Assembly (NCBI GenBank): GCA_963826115.1
Contig: CAWGVS010000005.1
Location: 1,472,001-1,536,000, forward strand
Direction of reading: 5' to 3'
Origin: an uncultured Candidatus Rokubacteria bacterium
Lineage (GTDB): Bacteria > Methylomirabilota > Methylomirabilia > Rokubacteriales > DASRDR01
Length of the DNA: 64,000 nt
Shown here: positions 1-9,963 of the stretch, piece after piece
How positions within the stretch are numbered: the stretch's first letter is position 1
How the letters are laid out: each line of letters opens with the position of its first letter
The notes under the pieces: model-generated
Told to the model about the DNA's origin: nothing
Database searches by the model: none
Seen by the model: the letters and a program-made list of their open reading frames with translations, nothing else
Made by a program: the position numbers and the translations under genes

Positions 1-1
1 G

Positions 2-409
2 GCCGACTCCGTCGACACGCGCATCGCCGCCGGCGAGCAGTCGGTCACGCGCTGGGACTTCGTGGAGCTCTTGGAGCGAGGGCGGGTCGACGTGATCCAG
101 CCCGACCTCGCCCACGCCGGCGGGATCACCGAGACCCGCCGCATCGCCGAGCTGGCGCGGCTCCGCGACGTCCTCACCGTGCCGCACGCGTTCAAGACGG
201 GCATCCTCAAGGCGGCGACCCTCCACTTCCTGGCCGCCCTGCCCGAGGCTCCGTTCCTCGAGTTCTGCGTCTGGGACTCGCCTCTGGCCCACGATCTCAC
301 CGAGCCGCGCTTCTGGATCGAGCGCGACGGCACGGTCGCGGTGCCCCAGGGTCCCGGGCTCGGCATCACTTTGAACGACGAGGTCATCGAGCGCTACCGA
401 GTGGCGTGA
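2..409 (+). CDS. Mandelate racemase/muconate lactonizing enzyme family protein (C-terminal part, 5' truncated by window)
   Basis: Frame is open from nt 2: IAAGEQ...DVIQPDLAHAGGITE...PH...LEF...VPQGPGLG, typical enolase-superfamily C-terminus. Confidence 0.85.
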   Translation, partial: ADSVDTRIAAGEQSVTRWDFVELLERGRVDVIQPDLAHAGGITETRRIAELARLRDVLTVPHAFKTGILKAATLHFLAALPEAPFLEFCVWDSPLAHDLTEPRFWIERDGTVAVPQGPGLGITLNDEVIERYRVA

Positions 410-491
410 GCCCGCGCCGGAGGGTCGCGGGCGCCACTGCCCGGGCCGCTGGCGGGCGAGCTGATCCGGGACGCGCCGTCGCGTCGGGCCG

Positions 492-1250
492 CTACCGGTC
501 CAGGAACAGGCCGCCGCTCAGGTTCAGGTTGGCGCCCGTGACGTAGCTCGCCTCGTCGGAGGCGAGGAAGACCACGCACGCCGCCACCTCGTCCACCGTC
601 CCCTCGCGGCCGAGCGGGATGCGGAGGTCGGGGAGCGTCGAGCCCGCGGTGCCGCCCATCTCCGTCGTGATGAGACCGGGCGCGATCGCGTTGACGCGGA
701 TCCCGTGGGGGGCGAGCTCCTTCGCGAGGGAGCGCGTGATCGACACGAGCCCCGCCTTCGACGCCGCGTAGTGGGCGCACGGGTTGATGCCGCCGCTCCA
801 CGCCGCGTCCGAGGCGACGTTGACGATGGCCCCGCCCTGCCCGCGAGCCCGCATCGCGCGCGCGGCGGCCTGGGCGCAGAAGAACGCGCCCTTCAGGTTC
901 ACGTCGAGGAGGCGGTCCCAGTCCGCCTCCTCCATGTCGAGGGCGGGGCGGCGCTCGAAGAGCCCCGCGTTGTTCACGAGGACGTCGACCCGTCCGAACG
1001 CTCGCTCGGCCGCGTCGACGAGGCCGCGCGCCTCCGCCACGCGGCCGAGGTCCGCGCGGTGCCACGCGGCCCGGCCGCCGAGGGCGGCGATCTCCCCGAG
1101 GACGGCCTTCCCGGCCGCCTCGTCGCGCCCGTTGACGAGGACCGGAGCGCCCTCGCGCGCGCACGCGAGCGCGATCGCGCGCCCGATGCCCCGCGTCGCG
1201 CCCGTGACCACCACGACGCGGCCGTCGAGCCGCCGGCCCGGGCCCGTCAC
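492..1250 (-). CDS. Short-chain dehydrogenase/reductase (FabG-like SDR)
   Basis: TGATRGIG, NNAG, YAASK and VNAIAPG motifs. Confidence 0.92.
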   Translation of the reverse strand: MTGPGRRLDGRVVVVTGATRGIGRAIALACAREGAPVLVNGRDEAAGKAVLGEIAALGGRAAWHRADLGRVAEARGLVDAAERAFGRVDVLVNNAGLFERRPALDMEEADWDRLLDVNLKGAFFCAQAAARAMRARGQGGAIVNVASDAAWSGGINPCAHYAASKAGLVSITRSLAKELAPHGIRVNAIAPGLITTEMGGTAGSTLPDLRIPLGREGTVDEVAACVVFLASDEASYVTGANLNLSGGLFLDR

Positions 1251-1360
1251 CGCGCGCCCTTCGGCTTCCGGGGCGGCGTCGGCTTCGGCCGCGGTCGCCA
1301 GTCCCAGCCGGTCTTCGACGGCCTGGGCTGGCGTGGGCCGCCGGAACGTCGCGTCCCCAT
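1247..1360 (-). CDS. Putative 37-aa basic small protein (MGTRRSGGPRQPRPSKTGWDWRPRPKPTPPRKPKGAR)
   Basis: ATG overlaps the DUF3047 stop (TGATG) and its TGA overlaps the SDR GTG (GTGA); it fills the gap exactly. Confidence 0.4.
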   Translation of the reverse strand: MGTRRSGGPRQPRPSKTGWDWRPRPKPTPPRKPKGAR

Positions 1361-2040
1361 CAGGGCCGCCGGAAGGCGATCCGCCCGACGAAGGACTCCG
1401 CGGTGCCCTTGACGTCGTCGGAGTCGATCCCGATCGCGATCGCGCCGGGCTCCTCGGGCTCCTCGCCGAAGATCTTCCGGAAGTCCTCGCGGACGTCGCG
1501 GCGCTCGGTGAGCCACCGGCCGAGATCCGCCGGCCCCGAGCGCACGACGACGTAGGTCACCGTGCCCGTCCGCTGGCTCTTGAACATCGAGCCGACGGGC
1601 GCCGTCGAGTCCCAGATGTACCCGATGATCTGGGAGCGGAGCGCCTGCGGGAACCGGGGCCAGATGACGTAGATCTGGGCGGCCTCGTCGTCGGTGGCGG
1701 CACGGCGGGCGTCCGCGCCCCTCGGCAGGACCGTGACCTTCCAGGTCCACTCGAGGATCGGCGTCTCGGCGAGGCGCACCTTGCCCCGGATGTCCTTGTT
1801 GACGTTGGAGCTGTCGCCCGCGCTCCGGAGCTGGAGCACGCGCTGGCCGTCATGCTCGACCACCGCGAAGTCGTACCGGGGGCTCCCCCAGTCCTGCTTC
1901 GACCAGCCCGGCGGAATGCCCTTCGTCCCGATGGGCACCGCGGACCAGTCCTCGATGACGACGCTGTCCGCGGCCAGGGCGACCGCGGCGGCCAGCACGC
2001 CGGCCTGCGCGATCCCGCGCACCCCGAGCCACCTCCGCAT
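1360..2040 (-). CDS. DUF3047-family secreted protein
   Basis: Signal peptide; PILEWTWKV, DDEAAQIYV, GYIWDS, WLTERRDVREDF and IDSDD motifs. Confidence 0.82.
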   Translation of the reverse strand: MRRWLGVRGIAQAGVLAAAVALAADSVVIEDWSAVPIGTKGIPPGWSKQDWGSPRYDFAVVEHDGQRVLQLRSAGDSSNVNKDIRGKVRLAETPILEWTWKVTVLPRGADARRAATDDEAAQIYVIWPRFPQALRSQIIGYIWDSTAPVGSMFKSQRTGTVTYVVVRSGPADLGRWLTERRDVREDFRKIFGEEPEEPGAIAIGIDSDDVKGTAESFVGRIAFRRP

Positions 2041-2179
2041 GCGGTTCTCCCCCGTTCGCGCGCCGGGACTCCGTCCGATCCTGCAACGCGCCCGCCCGTC
2101 GCGTGACGCGCTCGGATCTCCAGCATACCGGACGAAGATGGTCCGCGGGAGCCGAAGCGAGCGAAGGGGACGCGCGCGC

Positions 2180-4228
2180 TCAGCGAGCGCCGCGCGCGAG
2201 GGTCACGAGCGCGGCTTCCGCTTCGGCCACGTCCGCGTCGCTGGGCGGCGCGCCGCCGAACCGGGCGCGCTCGTAGAGAAGCGTGACCCGCGTGAAGGCG
2301 GCGCCGGCCGCCGGCCCGAGGCCGGCCACGCGGCCGCTGAACTCCCGCGCCGTCTCGCCCGCCGCGGGGCGGAGGCCCCGCCGGGCGGCGGCACGCAGGG
2401 CGCGGCGGTAGAACCCGGGCGCGCGGCCCTTCCCGGCGACCGGACCGCCGCGGCGGTAGCGCCACCCCGCCCAGAGGCCGAGCGCGCCCACGACGGCCAC
2501 CAGGACGAGCGCCGCCGCGCGCTCCAGCTGGCCGCGCGCCTCGGGTCCGAGCCCGCGCGCCCAGCCACGGAGGCCGGCCAGCCCGAACTGCACCGACTGG
2601 ACCGCGCGGATCTGATCGCGGAGCGTCCAGTTCACCACGTAGCGGTGCCACTGAAGACGCAGGGAGTCGAGGTAGAGGAAGGTCGGCGTCCGCGTCGCCG
2701 TGACGTCGACCGTCGCGCGCGGCGTCGGGTCGAAGGCCACCCAGCCCGCCTCCGGCATGTACGCCTCGACCCAGGAGTGCGCGTCATAGTAGCGCACGAT
2801 GTAGTACTGACCGTAGGGGTTCCACTCGCCGCGCTGGAAGCCGTTGACGACCCGAGCCGGGACGCCGAGGGTCCGCAGCATCACCGCCATCGCCGCCGCG
2901 AAGTACTCGCAGTGTCCGGCCCGGCGGACGAACAGGAACTCCTGAAGCGGATCCAGGGTGCTCACCTTCTCTATGTCGAGCGTGTAGCGGAACCGCGTCC
3001 GGAGGAACGCGTCGAGGCGCCGCGTGATCTCGAACGGGTCCCGGCTGCCGCCCGCGATCTGGCGGGCCAGGGTGGGGATCGCCGGCGCCAGCACGGGCAG
3101 CTGGAGGTATCGCTCGAGGTCGCCCGCGTCCAGCGGGGGCGCGGGCCGGCCGACTCGGCCGTGCCGGATCGACGGGCCCTCGACCTCGGACTCGACCAGG
3201 TAGCGGAGGCGGGCGCCGGGCGACGACGTCGACACCGCTCCCATGTCGTCCGTCGCGAGCACGGAGGTCGACATCGTGACGCGCAGCAGGCGCGCCGCGG
3301 CGAAGAGGACCTCTGATCCGATCGGCTCCAGGAACACCTCCTGGCGGAGGAAGACCCCGTTCCCTTGAAAGAGGGCGACGTCGAAGCCGCCCGCGTTCGG
3401 CCGGACCAGCCGCGTCTGGCGCGGGTACCGGACGCTCCACGCCTGGCCGTCGAAGGTATCGAGCACCACGCCACGCCACCGGAGGTTCGGAAGGCGCTCG
3501 GGCTGGACCTCGTCCGGCAGGCGCACCCGCATGACGACGTTCGAGTCCGTCAGGATGCTCCCGTACGAGCCGAGCTCGACCCGCTCGGAGAAGCCGGTGA
3601 TCATCTGGCCGAGCCGTGCGCGGAGCGGCAAGGTCGCGAGTCCCACCCGCGGCAGCACGAAAAAGAGCCCGCCGGCCACCAGGAACACCGCCACGGCCCC
3701 GAGGGTCGCCAGCCCGACGAGGTACCGCGTGGGCACAGGCTCGCTCGCCGCGCCGGCGGGCGCCGCCGCCGCCTCGCCCACGACGTGCTGGAGGAGCGCG
3801 ATCCAGCTCAGCAGCCCCACGAAGACGACGAACGCGAAGAGGAAGCCCACGCCGAACGCCGAGCCGGAGGACGCCACCAGCATGAAGAAGGCGAGGAACG
3901 CCACGGTCCGCGTGTCCCGCACGGTCTGGAGCGTCGCGAGCTTGTAGAGGGCGAGGAAGAGCAGGAGCCGCACCAGCGCGTCGAGAACGCTCTCCGTGAG
4001 GTACGCCACGTCCACGACCGACGCGAGCGCCGCCACGGGCACCACGTAGCGAGCCCCCCAGAGCCGCCCCGTCGCGCCCAGGCGGCTCTGGACGAGCCAC
4101 GTGCCCACGAGCAGGACGGACACGAGGACGATCCCGCGCCCCTCGAGGAAGTCGCCGAGGTAGAGCGCGAAGAGGCCGTCCCCCACCAGGAGGTACATCG
4201 CGATCCGGAGGGCGAGCGGGAGCGCCAT
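2180..4228 (-). CDS. DUF3488/transglutaminase (TgpA-like) membrane protein
   Basis: Real start MALPLALR at 4228; multiple TM segments, then GHCEYFA...AHSWVE...FDPTP Cys-His-Asp triad. Confidence 0.9.
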   Translation of the reverse strand: MALPLALRIAMYLLVGDGLFALYLGDFLEGRGIVLVSVLLVGTWLVQSRLGATGRLWGARYVVPVAALASVVDVAYLTESVLDALVRLLLFLALYKLATLQTVRDTRTVAFLAFFMLVASSGSAFGVGFLFAFVVFVGLLSWIALLQHVVGEAAAAPAGAASEPVPTRYLVGLATLGAVAVFLVAGGLFFVLPRVGLATLPLRARLGQMITGFSERVELGSYGSILTDSNVVMRVRLPDEVQPERLPNLRWRGVVLDTFDGQAWSVRYPRQTRLVRPNAGGFDVALFQGNGVFLRQEVFLEPIGSEVLFAAARLLRVTMSTSVLATDDMGAVSTSSPGARLRYLVESEVEGPSIRHGRVGRPAPPLDAGDLERYLQLPVLAPAIPTLARQIAGGSRDPFEITRRLDAFLRTRFRYTLDIEKVSTLDPLQEFLFVRRAGHCEYFAAAMAVMLRTLGVPARVVNGFQRGEWNPYGQYYIVRYYDAHSWVEAYMPEAGWVAFDPTPRATVDVTATRTPTFLYLDSLRLQWHRYVVNWTLRDQIRAVQSVQFGLAGLRGWARGLGPEARGQLERAAALVLVAVVGALGLWAGWRYRRGGPVAGKGRAPGFYRRALRAAARRGLRPAAGETAREFSGRVAGLGPAAGAAFTRVTLLYERARFGGAPPSDADVAEAEAALVTLARGAR

Positions 4229-5340
4229 CAGCTCGCGTCCAGCGCGATGCGGATCTCGCGCAGGTCGGCGTCGAGCGTCGCAGCATCCTCGGCCGGTCGG
4301 CCGGGCGGCGCGTAGAGAGCCAGCGCGGTCAGGATGCGGCGCTCGTGCGCGCGCCCGCGCCCGACGGGCACCATCCCCGCCGCGCCGGCCAGCGCGACGC
4401 CGGTGCCGCCGCGGAGGAGGTGCACCGCGAATGACGCCGCCTCGGAGAGCGCGCGCTCGAGGTGCTCGCCGCCGGTCCCGCCCGTGCCGGTGAGGACGAT
4501 GCGCGTGTCCTCGGTCGCGTCCTCCTCCAGCTCCCGCACCATGAGGCTCCCCGACTTCGCGGTGGTGGGCCAGTGGATGAGGTGGGGCTCGTCCCCCGCC
4601 CGGTACGCGCGGAGATTGTAGAGGTCGTGGCCGCGCCCCCGCCGGCGCGCCGCCGCCTCGCCGCTCGCGGCCTGACGGATCTCCCGCGGCCGCACGGGGT
4701 GGACGGCCGGGTAGACGAGCACCTCCTCGTCGTAGAGGAGCGGCGGGCCCGTCTTGACGAAGAGGCCGAACGGGAACGCGGTGGCGGCGCGGAGCCGCGG
4801 CAGCCGCCGTCGGCCGCGCGCGGCGAACGTGACCTCCCATCCGACGACCCGCTCCTCCCCCGCCGGGATCCGCGGCAAGTACGCGAGCCGGCGCGGGGCG
4901 CCGAGCCCCCGGCGGTCCTTGAGGCCGATGGCGCGGAGCCGATCGTCGAGCGTCCGCCGGGGAAGCCAGCGAGTCAGGAGCCCCCGCCGGCGCGTGAGCG
5001 GACGGTCCAGCGCCTCGAGCGCAACGGAGTACGACGCGAGCCGGCGTTTCCGGTTCGCGAGCGCGATCGTGACGAGCGCGGGCTGGGTCGCGTGGATGGT
5101 GTCGGGCACGGAGACGGCGACGTGAAGCCCGCGGACCGTCAGGTCGGAGAGCATCCCCGACACGATGATGAGGGCGAGGAGCATCGAGCAGAGGAGGTAC
5201 GCGAGGTTGTTCCCGGTGTTGACGGCGGCGACGCCGAGTCCGACCGCCGCGAGCACGCACCACCAGCCGTCGCGCGTCGGCCGGATGGCCTTCGTGCGCC
5301 GCCACCACCAGCTCGCGAAACGCCGCGCGAGCTGGATCAT
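4228..5340 (-). CDS. DUF58 domain protein (MoxR-associated)
   Basis: AAVNTGNNL, FPFGLF and LRAYRAGD...IHWPTTAK...LMVRELE motifs; lies between MoxR and TgpA. Confidence 0.9.
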   Translation of the reverse strand: MIQLARRFASWWWRRTKAIRPTRDGWWCVLAAVGLGVAAVNTGNNLAYLLCSMLLALIIVSGMLSDLTVRGLHVAVSVPDTIHATQPALVTIALANRKRRLASYSVALEALDRPLTRRRGLLTRWLPRRTLDDRLRAIGLKDRRGLGAPRRLAYLPRIPAGEERVVGWEVTFAARGRRRLPRLRAATAFPFGLFVKTGPPLLYDEEVLVYPAVHPVRPREIRQAASGEAAARRRGRGHDLYNLRAYRAGDEPHLIHWPTTAKSGSLMVRELEEDATEDTRIVLTGTGGTGGEHLERALSEAASFAVHLLRGGTGVALAGAAGMVPVGRGRAHERRILTALALYAPPGRPAEDAATLDADLREIRIALDAS

Positions 5341-5393
5341 TCAGCTCGGGCCCGGCGCCTCGGGTCAGCGCGCGACACCCGGCACCCCTCGGG

Positions 5394-6338
5394 TCAGCGG
5401 GGAACCGCGACGTCCTGGACGATCGTGCGGATCACCGCCTCCGCGCCCGCGCCGGCGCCGTCGGCCGCCGAGCCCGCCAGCAGCACCCGGTGCGCGAGGG
5501 CGGGCACCGCCAGGCGCTTCACGTCGTCGGGGACGATGAAGTCGCGCCCGTCGGCGAGCGCGTGGGCCCGCGCCGCGCGGAGGAGCGCGAGCGAGCCGCG
5601 CGGGCTCACGCCGAGCGACAGCATGCGCGAGCGGCGCGTCGCGGTCACGATCGCCAGCACGTAGTCCACGATCGACTCGTCGGCCCGGACCTCCTCGGCC
5701 GCTTCCTGGAGCTCGACCACGTCGGCGCCGTCGAGCACGGTCTCGAGCGTCTCCACCACCGGCGTCGCCGAGCCGCGGAGAATCGTGCGCTCGTCGACCT
5801 CGCTCGGGTACCCGATACGGATCCGCAGAAGGAAGCGGTCGAGCTGGGACTCCGGCAAGGGGAACGTCCCCGCGTGCTCCCGCGGGTTCTGGGTCGCCAG
5901 CACCATGAAGGGGCGCGGCAGGGCGTGGGTCGTGTGGTCGAGCGAGACCTGCGCCTCGTTCATCGCCTCGAGGAGGCTCGACTGCGTCTTGGGCGTCGTG
6001 CGGTTGATCTCGTCGGCCAGGACGATGTTCGTGAAGATCGGGCCTGGCTTGAACACGAACTCGTGCTTGTCCGGCTCGTAGACGGCCACGCCGAGGACGT
6101 CGGACGGGAGCATGTCCGACGTGAACTGGATCCGCTGGAACCCGGCGCCGATGGACCGCGCGATCGCCGCCGCCAGCGTCGTCTTGCCCACCCCCGGCAC
6201 GTCCTCGATCAGGAGGTGGCCCCGGGCCAGGAGCCCGACCACGGCCAGCCGGACGACGTCTGCCTTCCCGACGAGGGCACGTGACACATTGGCCTCGAGG
6301 CGGCCGATCCGGGCATGAAGGTCCCGGGAGATTGCCAT
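5394..6338 (-). CDS. moxR: MoxR-family AAA+ ATPase
   Basis: [31 protein letters not shown] and SPRG motifs. Confidence 0.95.
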   Translation of the reverse strand: MAISRDLHARIGRLEANVSRALVGKADVVRLAVVGLLARGHLLIEDVPGVGKTTLAAAIARSIGAGFQRIQFTSDMLPSDVLGVAVYEPDKHEFVFKPGPIFTNIVLADEINRTTPKTQSSLLEAMNEAQVSLDHTTHALPRPFMVLATQNPREHAGTFPLPESQLDRFLLRIRIGYPSEVDERTILRGSATPVVETLETVLDGADVVELQEAAEEVRADESIVDYVLAIVTATRRSRMLSLGVSPRGSLALLRAARAHALADGRDFIVPDDVKRLAVPALAHRVLLAGSAADGAGAGAEAVIRTIVQDVAVPR

Positions 6339-6481
6339 GGCGCGATTATCCCATGCAGGGGGCGTGCCGGCCGGCCGCCCGCCGAGGACCGGCCGCCAGG
6401 ACCTCCAGCTCCCTCTCGACCGATGACCCCGAGGGCCGCATTCCTCCAGTCATGAGGAGACTTTCCAGGGCGGCGGAAGGC

Positions 6482-7687
6482 TCAGCGCCGGGCGGGACCC
6501 AGGGTGACCCTCAGGGCCTCGAGGCCCCGGAGGGTGCTGGACGGTCGCCAGACCGGACGCTCCTCGTCAAGAGCGATGGCCGGGAATCGTCGGAGGAGCG
6601 TCCCCAGAGCGACCTGGGTCTCGAGCCGCGCGAGCGAGGCCCCGAGACAATAGTGGATCCCCGAGCCGAAGCCCAGATGCCGCGGCTCGGCCCTGCCGAG
6701 ATCGAGGCGGTCCGGATCGGCGAACTGCGCGGGGTCGCGGTTCGCCGCGCCGAGGAGGCCGAGGACCAGGGTCCCCACGGGAATCGGCACGCCGCCGATC
6801 TCGGCGTCCTCGGCCGCCATCCGCCCCGACCGCTGGACCGGCCCGTCGTATCGCAGGAGTTCCTCGACCGCGGGCGCAAGGAGCGCCGGGTCGTCTTGTA
6901 GCCGGCGGCGCTCGTCCGGGTGGCGAAGGAGCGCGAGAAGCCCGTTGCCGATGAGATTCACCGTCGTCTCGTGGCCCGCGACGTAGAGGAGGACGCACGT
7001 CGCCAGGAGCTCCGCCTCCGTGAGCCGGTCCCCGGCCTCCTCGGCCTCGACGAGCCCGCTGAGGAGATCCGCCCCCGGCCGGCGCCGGCGCTCCTCGGCG
7101 AGCTCGCGGAAATAGCCCGACATCGCCTTCGTCGCGTGGCGGCCGCGCTCGATCACGTCGGGGCCGACCGGCAGCGCGATCGCGTCCAGCGACCGCGCGA
7201 TGTCGCGGGACCATGCCTTGACCTCGTCGGTGTGGCCCGCGGGCACCCCGAGGAGCTCCGAGATGACCGTCACCGGCAAGGGATAGGCGAGGTCCTCGAT
7301 GACATCCATCCGGCCGGCCCCGGCAACGCGCGCGAGCAAGCGGTCCACGATCCCCTGGATGTGCTCGCGGAGCGTCTCGACGACCCGCGGCGTGAACGCC
7401 TTGCTGACGAGCGCCCGGAGCCGCGTGTGGTCCGGCGGGTCGCGGAACAGCATCGAAAGCGGCATCCAGGACCCGTCCGGGCTCGCGCCGAACCGGCTCT
7501 CGATGAGCGCCCGGTAGCCGCTCTTGCCGAAGCGCGGGTCGCGGAGGAGGGCGGAGACGTCCTCGTACCGCGTCAGCACGTAGAAGCCCAGGGGATGACG
7601 GTGGACGGGATCCGCGGCCCGCAGCCGGTGGTAGACCGGATACGGGTCGGCGAGGAACGCCGGATCCAGGAGGTCGATCTCGTCCAT
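6482..7687 (-). CDS. Cytochrome P450
   Basis: DPPDHTRLR, AGHETT, EELLR and heme motif HLGFGSGIHYCLG. Confidence 0.96.
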   Translation of the reverse strand: MDEIDLLDPAFLADPYPVYHRLRAADPVHRHPLGFYVLTRYEDVSALLRDPRFGKSGYRALIESRFGASPDGSWMPLSMLFRDPPDHTRLRALVSKAFTPRVVETLREHIQGIVDRLLARVAGAGRMDVIEDLAYPLPVTVISELLGVPAGHTDEVKAWSRDIARSLDAIALPVGPDVIERGRHATKAMSGYFRELAEERRRRPGADLLSGLVEAEEAGDRLTEAELLATCVLLYVAGHETTVNLIGNGLLALLRHPDERRRLQDDPALLAPAVEELLRYDGPVQRSGRMAAEDAEIGGVPIPVGTLVLGLLGAANRDPAQFADPDRLDLGRAEPRHLGFGSGIHYCLGASLARLETQVALGTLLRRFPAIALDEERPVWRPSSTLRGLEALRVTLGPARR

Positions 7688-7967
7688 CAAGTCGTCCCGT
7701 CCGACGAGGCGAGTCTAGCGCGGACCGCCGCCACGGGGCGTCACGGAAAATTCACTTCGCGTTGACACGGCCGCCACGACGACGAGCGATCCTCGGGCTG
7801 CCGGCCTTGCCAGGCCGGAGGAGGTCCGCCATGACGACACGACTGCTCCGCGCCATCCCCGCACCATCGGTCTTCCCCGCCCCCGGCGTCGCCGCCGGCC
7901 TCCAGCGCGCCGCGACGGCAGCTCGCACGGAGGACCGGCACCGGGACACGCGGTCCCGGTCTCGACC

Positions 7968-8906
7968 CTACCCGAAGATCGACTCCGGGATGAAGGCGGA
8001 GACGATCCAGTTCGGCGCGTCGACGATCTCGCTGATCCGGAGGTCCGCGGCGACGCTCGCGACCACGTAGGCCTCCTCGCGCGTCAGGCCGCGCTCGGCC
8101 GCCAGGTGGTCGACCAGGTAGCGGATCGCCTGCTGGGCTGACAGGAACAGGTCGGGGCCGTGGGCCGTCGTGGCGAACTCGGCGCCGCGGCTCGGCTGGG
8201 GCCCACCCGTCCGGAACTGCGGCTCGCGGAGCGGGCGTCCCTGGCGGAGCCCGACGCGTAGCGTGACGCGGGCGGACATCTCCACGGCGCTGATGCAGAC
8301 CTCGCCGTCGCCCTGGGCGCCGTGGCCGTCGCCGACGGACAGGAGGCCGCCGTCGACCCACACGGGGAGGTAGACGGTCGCGCCGGCGGTGAGCTGCCGG
8401 ATGTCCATGTTGCCGCCGTTCTTCCGTGGCGGCATCGTCGAGTGCCCGCCGGGCTCGTCGAGCGCGGTCCCCATGACCCCGGGGAACGGCGCGAGCGGGA
8501 CGGCCACGCGGGCGCCCGAGCGGGCGCGCATTCGCGCGAAGGCGCCGTCCTCGAGGTTCCAGATCTGGAGGAACGACTCCGGGAACTCGGCCTCCGGCAG
8601 GAGCCCGCGGCCCGGGCGGATGTGAGTCCAGCCGAACGGCGCCGGCTCCATCGCCAGGATGTCGACCACCAGGACGTCGCCGGGGCGGGCGCCGCGCACC
8701 GCGATCGGGCCCGTGAGCGGGTGCCCCTTCACCGGGCCACGCGCGGCCGTGTCCCGGCTGGTCGAGGCCGGCGTGTAGTAGCCGTCGGCGGCGTCGCGGG
8801 TGTCGGCGACGATGGTGTCGCCGGGGTCCACTTCGAGGCGCGGCGGGATCCCGTTGTTCCACTCGTAGTGCACGACGCTCGAGTCGAGCCGGTGAGTCGC
8901 GGCCAT
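7968..8906 (-). CDS. Acetamidase/formamidase family protein
   Basis: Start MAATHRL with GGAGG SD; HPLTGPI, NGGNMD, GDGHGAQGDGE and EIVDAPN motifs. Confidence 0.92.
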   Translation of the reverse strand: MAATHRLDSSVVHYEWNNGIPPRLEVDPGDTIVADTRDAADGYYTPASTSRDTAARGPVKGHPLTGPIAVRGARPGDVLVVDILAMEPAPFGWTHIRPGRGLLPEAEFPESFLQIWNLEDGAFARMRARSGARVAVPLAPFPGVMGTALDEPGGHSTMPPRKNGGNMDIRQLTAGATVYLPVWVDGGLLSVGDGHGAQGDGEVCISAVEMSARVTLRVGLRQGRPLREPQFRTGGPQPSRGAEFATTAHGPDLFLSAQQAIRYLVDHLAAERGLTREEAYVVASVAADLRISEIVDAPNWIVSAFIPESIFG

Positions 8907-8978
8907 GCAGGACCTCCTCCGGAGCGGGACGGTCTCGAGGCGCACGCGGCCTCGCGGGCGGTAGTGTATCGTACCCGC

Positions 8979-9935
8979 GTGGCGCGGCCCCTCGTGCTCC
9001 TGTGGACCGACGCGGCGGACGTGTACGCGAAGGCCGCGGAGCGCGCGGGGCTGTCGGGTCGCGTGGAGCTCGCCGCGGTCCCGACGGGCGCGACGGCGGA
9101 GCCGGCGCTCCTCGACCGCGCGGACGCGGCGCTCGCGTGGCGCATCCCGAAGGGGACCTTCGCCGCCGCGCCGCGGCTCCGGTGGGTCCAGACGCTGACC
9201 GCGGGGGTCGAGGGCTGGCTCGCTCGCGCGGACCTCCCGCCCGCCCTCACGCTCACCTGCGCGCGCGGGACCCATCGCGTCCAGATGCCGGAGAACATCC
9301 TGGGCGCCCTCTTCCACGTCACGAAGCCCTTCGCGGCCGCCGGGCGCGACCAGGACGGGCGGCGGTGGACGCGCCGCGTGTCGGAGCCGCTCGCGGGAAA
9401 GACCCTCGGCATCCTCGGCCTCGGCGCGATCGGCCAGGAGGTGGCGCGGAAGGCGGCGGCCCTCGAGATGACGGTGATCGGCACCCGGCGCGATCCGTCG
9501 CCGGTGCCGCACGTCGCGCGGGTCCTCCCGCCCGAGGGAACGGCCGAGGTGCTCGGCGCGGCGGACTTCGTCCTCCTGCTCCTGCCGGTGACGCCGGCCA
9601 CCCAGGACTTCATGGACGCGCGGCGGCTCGCCCAGATGCGCGGGACGGCGTGGCTCCTCAACTACGGGCGGGGCGAGCTGGTGGTCGACGCGGACCTGGT
9701 CGACGCCGTGACCCGCCACGTCCTCGCGGGGGCGGTCCTCGACGTCTACCGGACGGAGCCCTTGCCCGACGGCCATCCCTTCTGGACGACGCCCGGCATC
9801 ACCGTGCTGCCGCACTTCGGCGGGCTCCACCCGACCCGCGACGAGCAGGTCGCCGCCCTCTTCGTGGAGAACCTCCGGCGCTTCCTCGACGGCGAGCCGC
9901 TCCGCCACGTCGTCGACCGGGCGCGCGGCTACTGA
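8979..9935 (+). CDS. D-2-hydroxyacid dehydrogenase (NAD-binding)
   Basis: GLGAIG, NYGRG, LDVYRTEPL and LPHFGG (R/E/H catalytic set); GTG start 6 nt after a TATCGT -10-like box. Confidence 0.9.
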   Translation: MARPLVLLWTDAADVYAKAAERAGLSGRVELAAVPTGATAEPALLDRADAALAWRIPKGTFAAAPRLRWVQTLTAGVEGWLARADLPPALTLTCARGTHRVQMPENILGALFHVTKPFAAAGRDQDGRRWTRRVSEPLAGKTLGILGLGAIGQEVARKAAALEMTVIGTRRDPSPVPHVARVLPPEGTAEVLGAADFVLLLLPVTPATQDFMDARRLAQMRGTAWLLNYGRGELVVDADLVDAVTRHVLAGAVLDVYRTEPLPDGHPFWTTPGITVLPHFGGLHPTRDEQVAALFVENLRRFLDGEPLRHVVDRARGY

Positions 9936-9963
9936 AGGCGGCGGCGCCGCCCGCCACGCGCGC

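Noticed and set aside
4229-5308. N-terminal extension of the transglutaminase ORF (1042 aa in the track)
   Set aside because: It overlaps DUF58 in another frame. The true start is the coupled ATG at 4228.
7831-8070. ORF with strong GGAGGAGG SD between P450 and acetamidase
   Set aside because: No recognisable motifs and about 100 nt of antisense overlap with the acetamidase. At best a gene remnant, so it cannot be supported.
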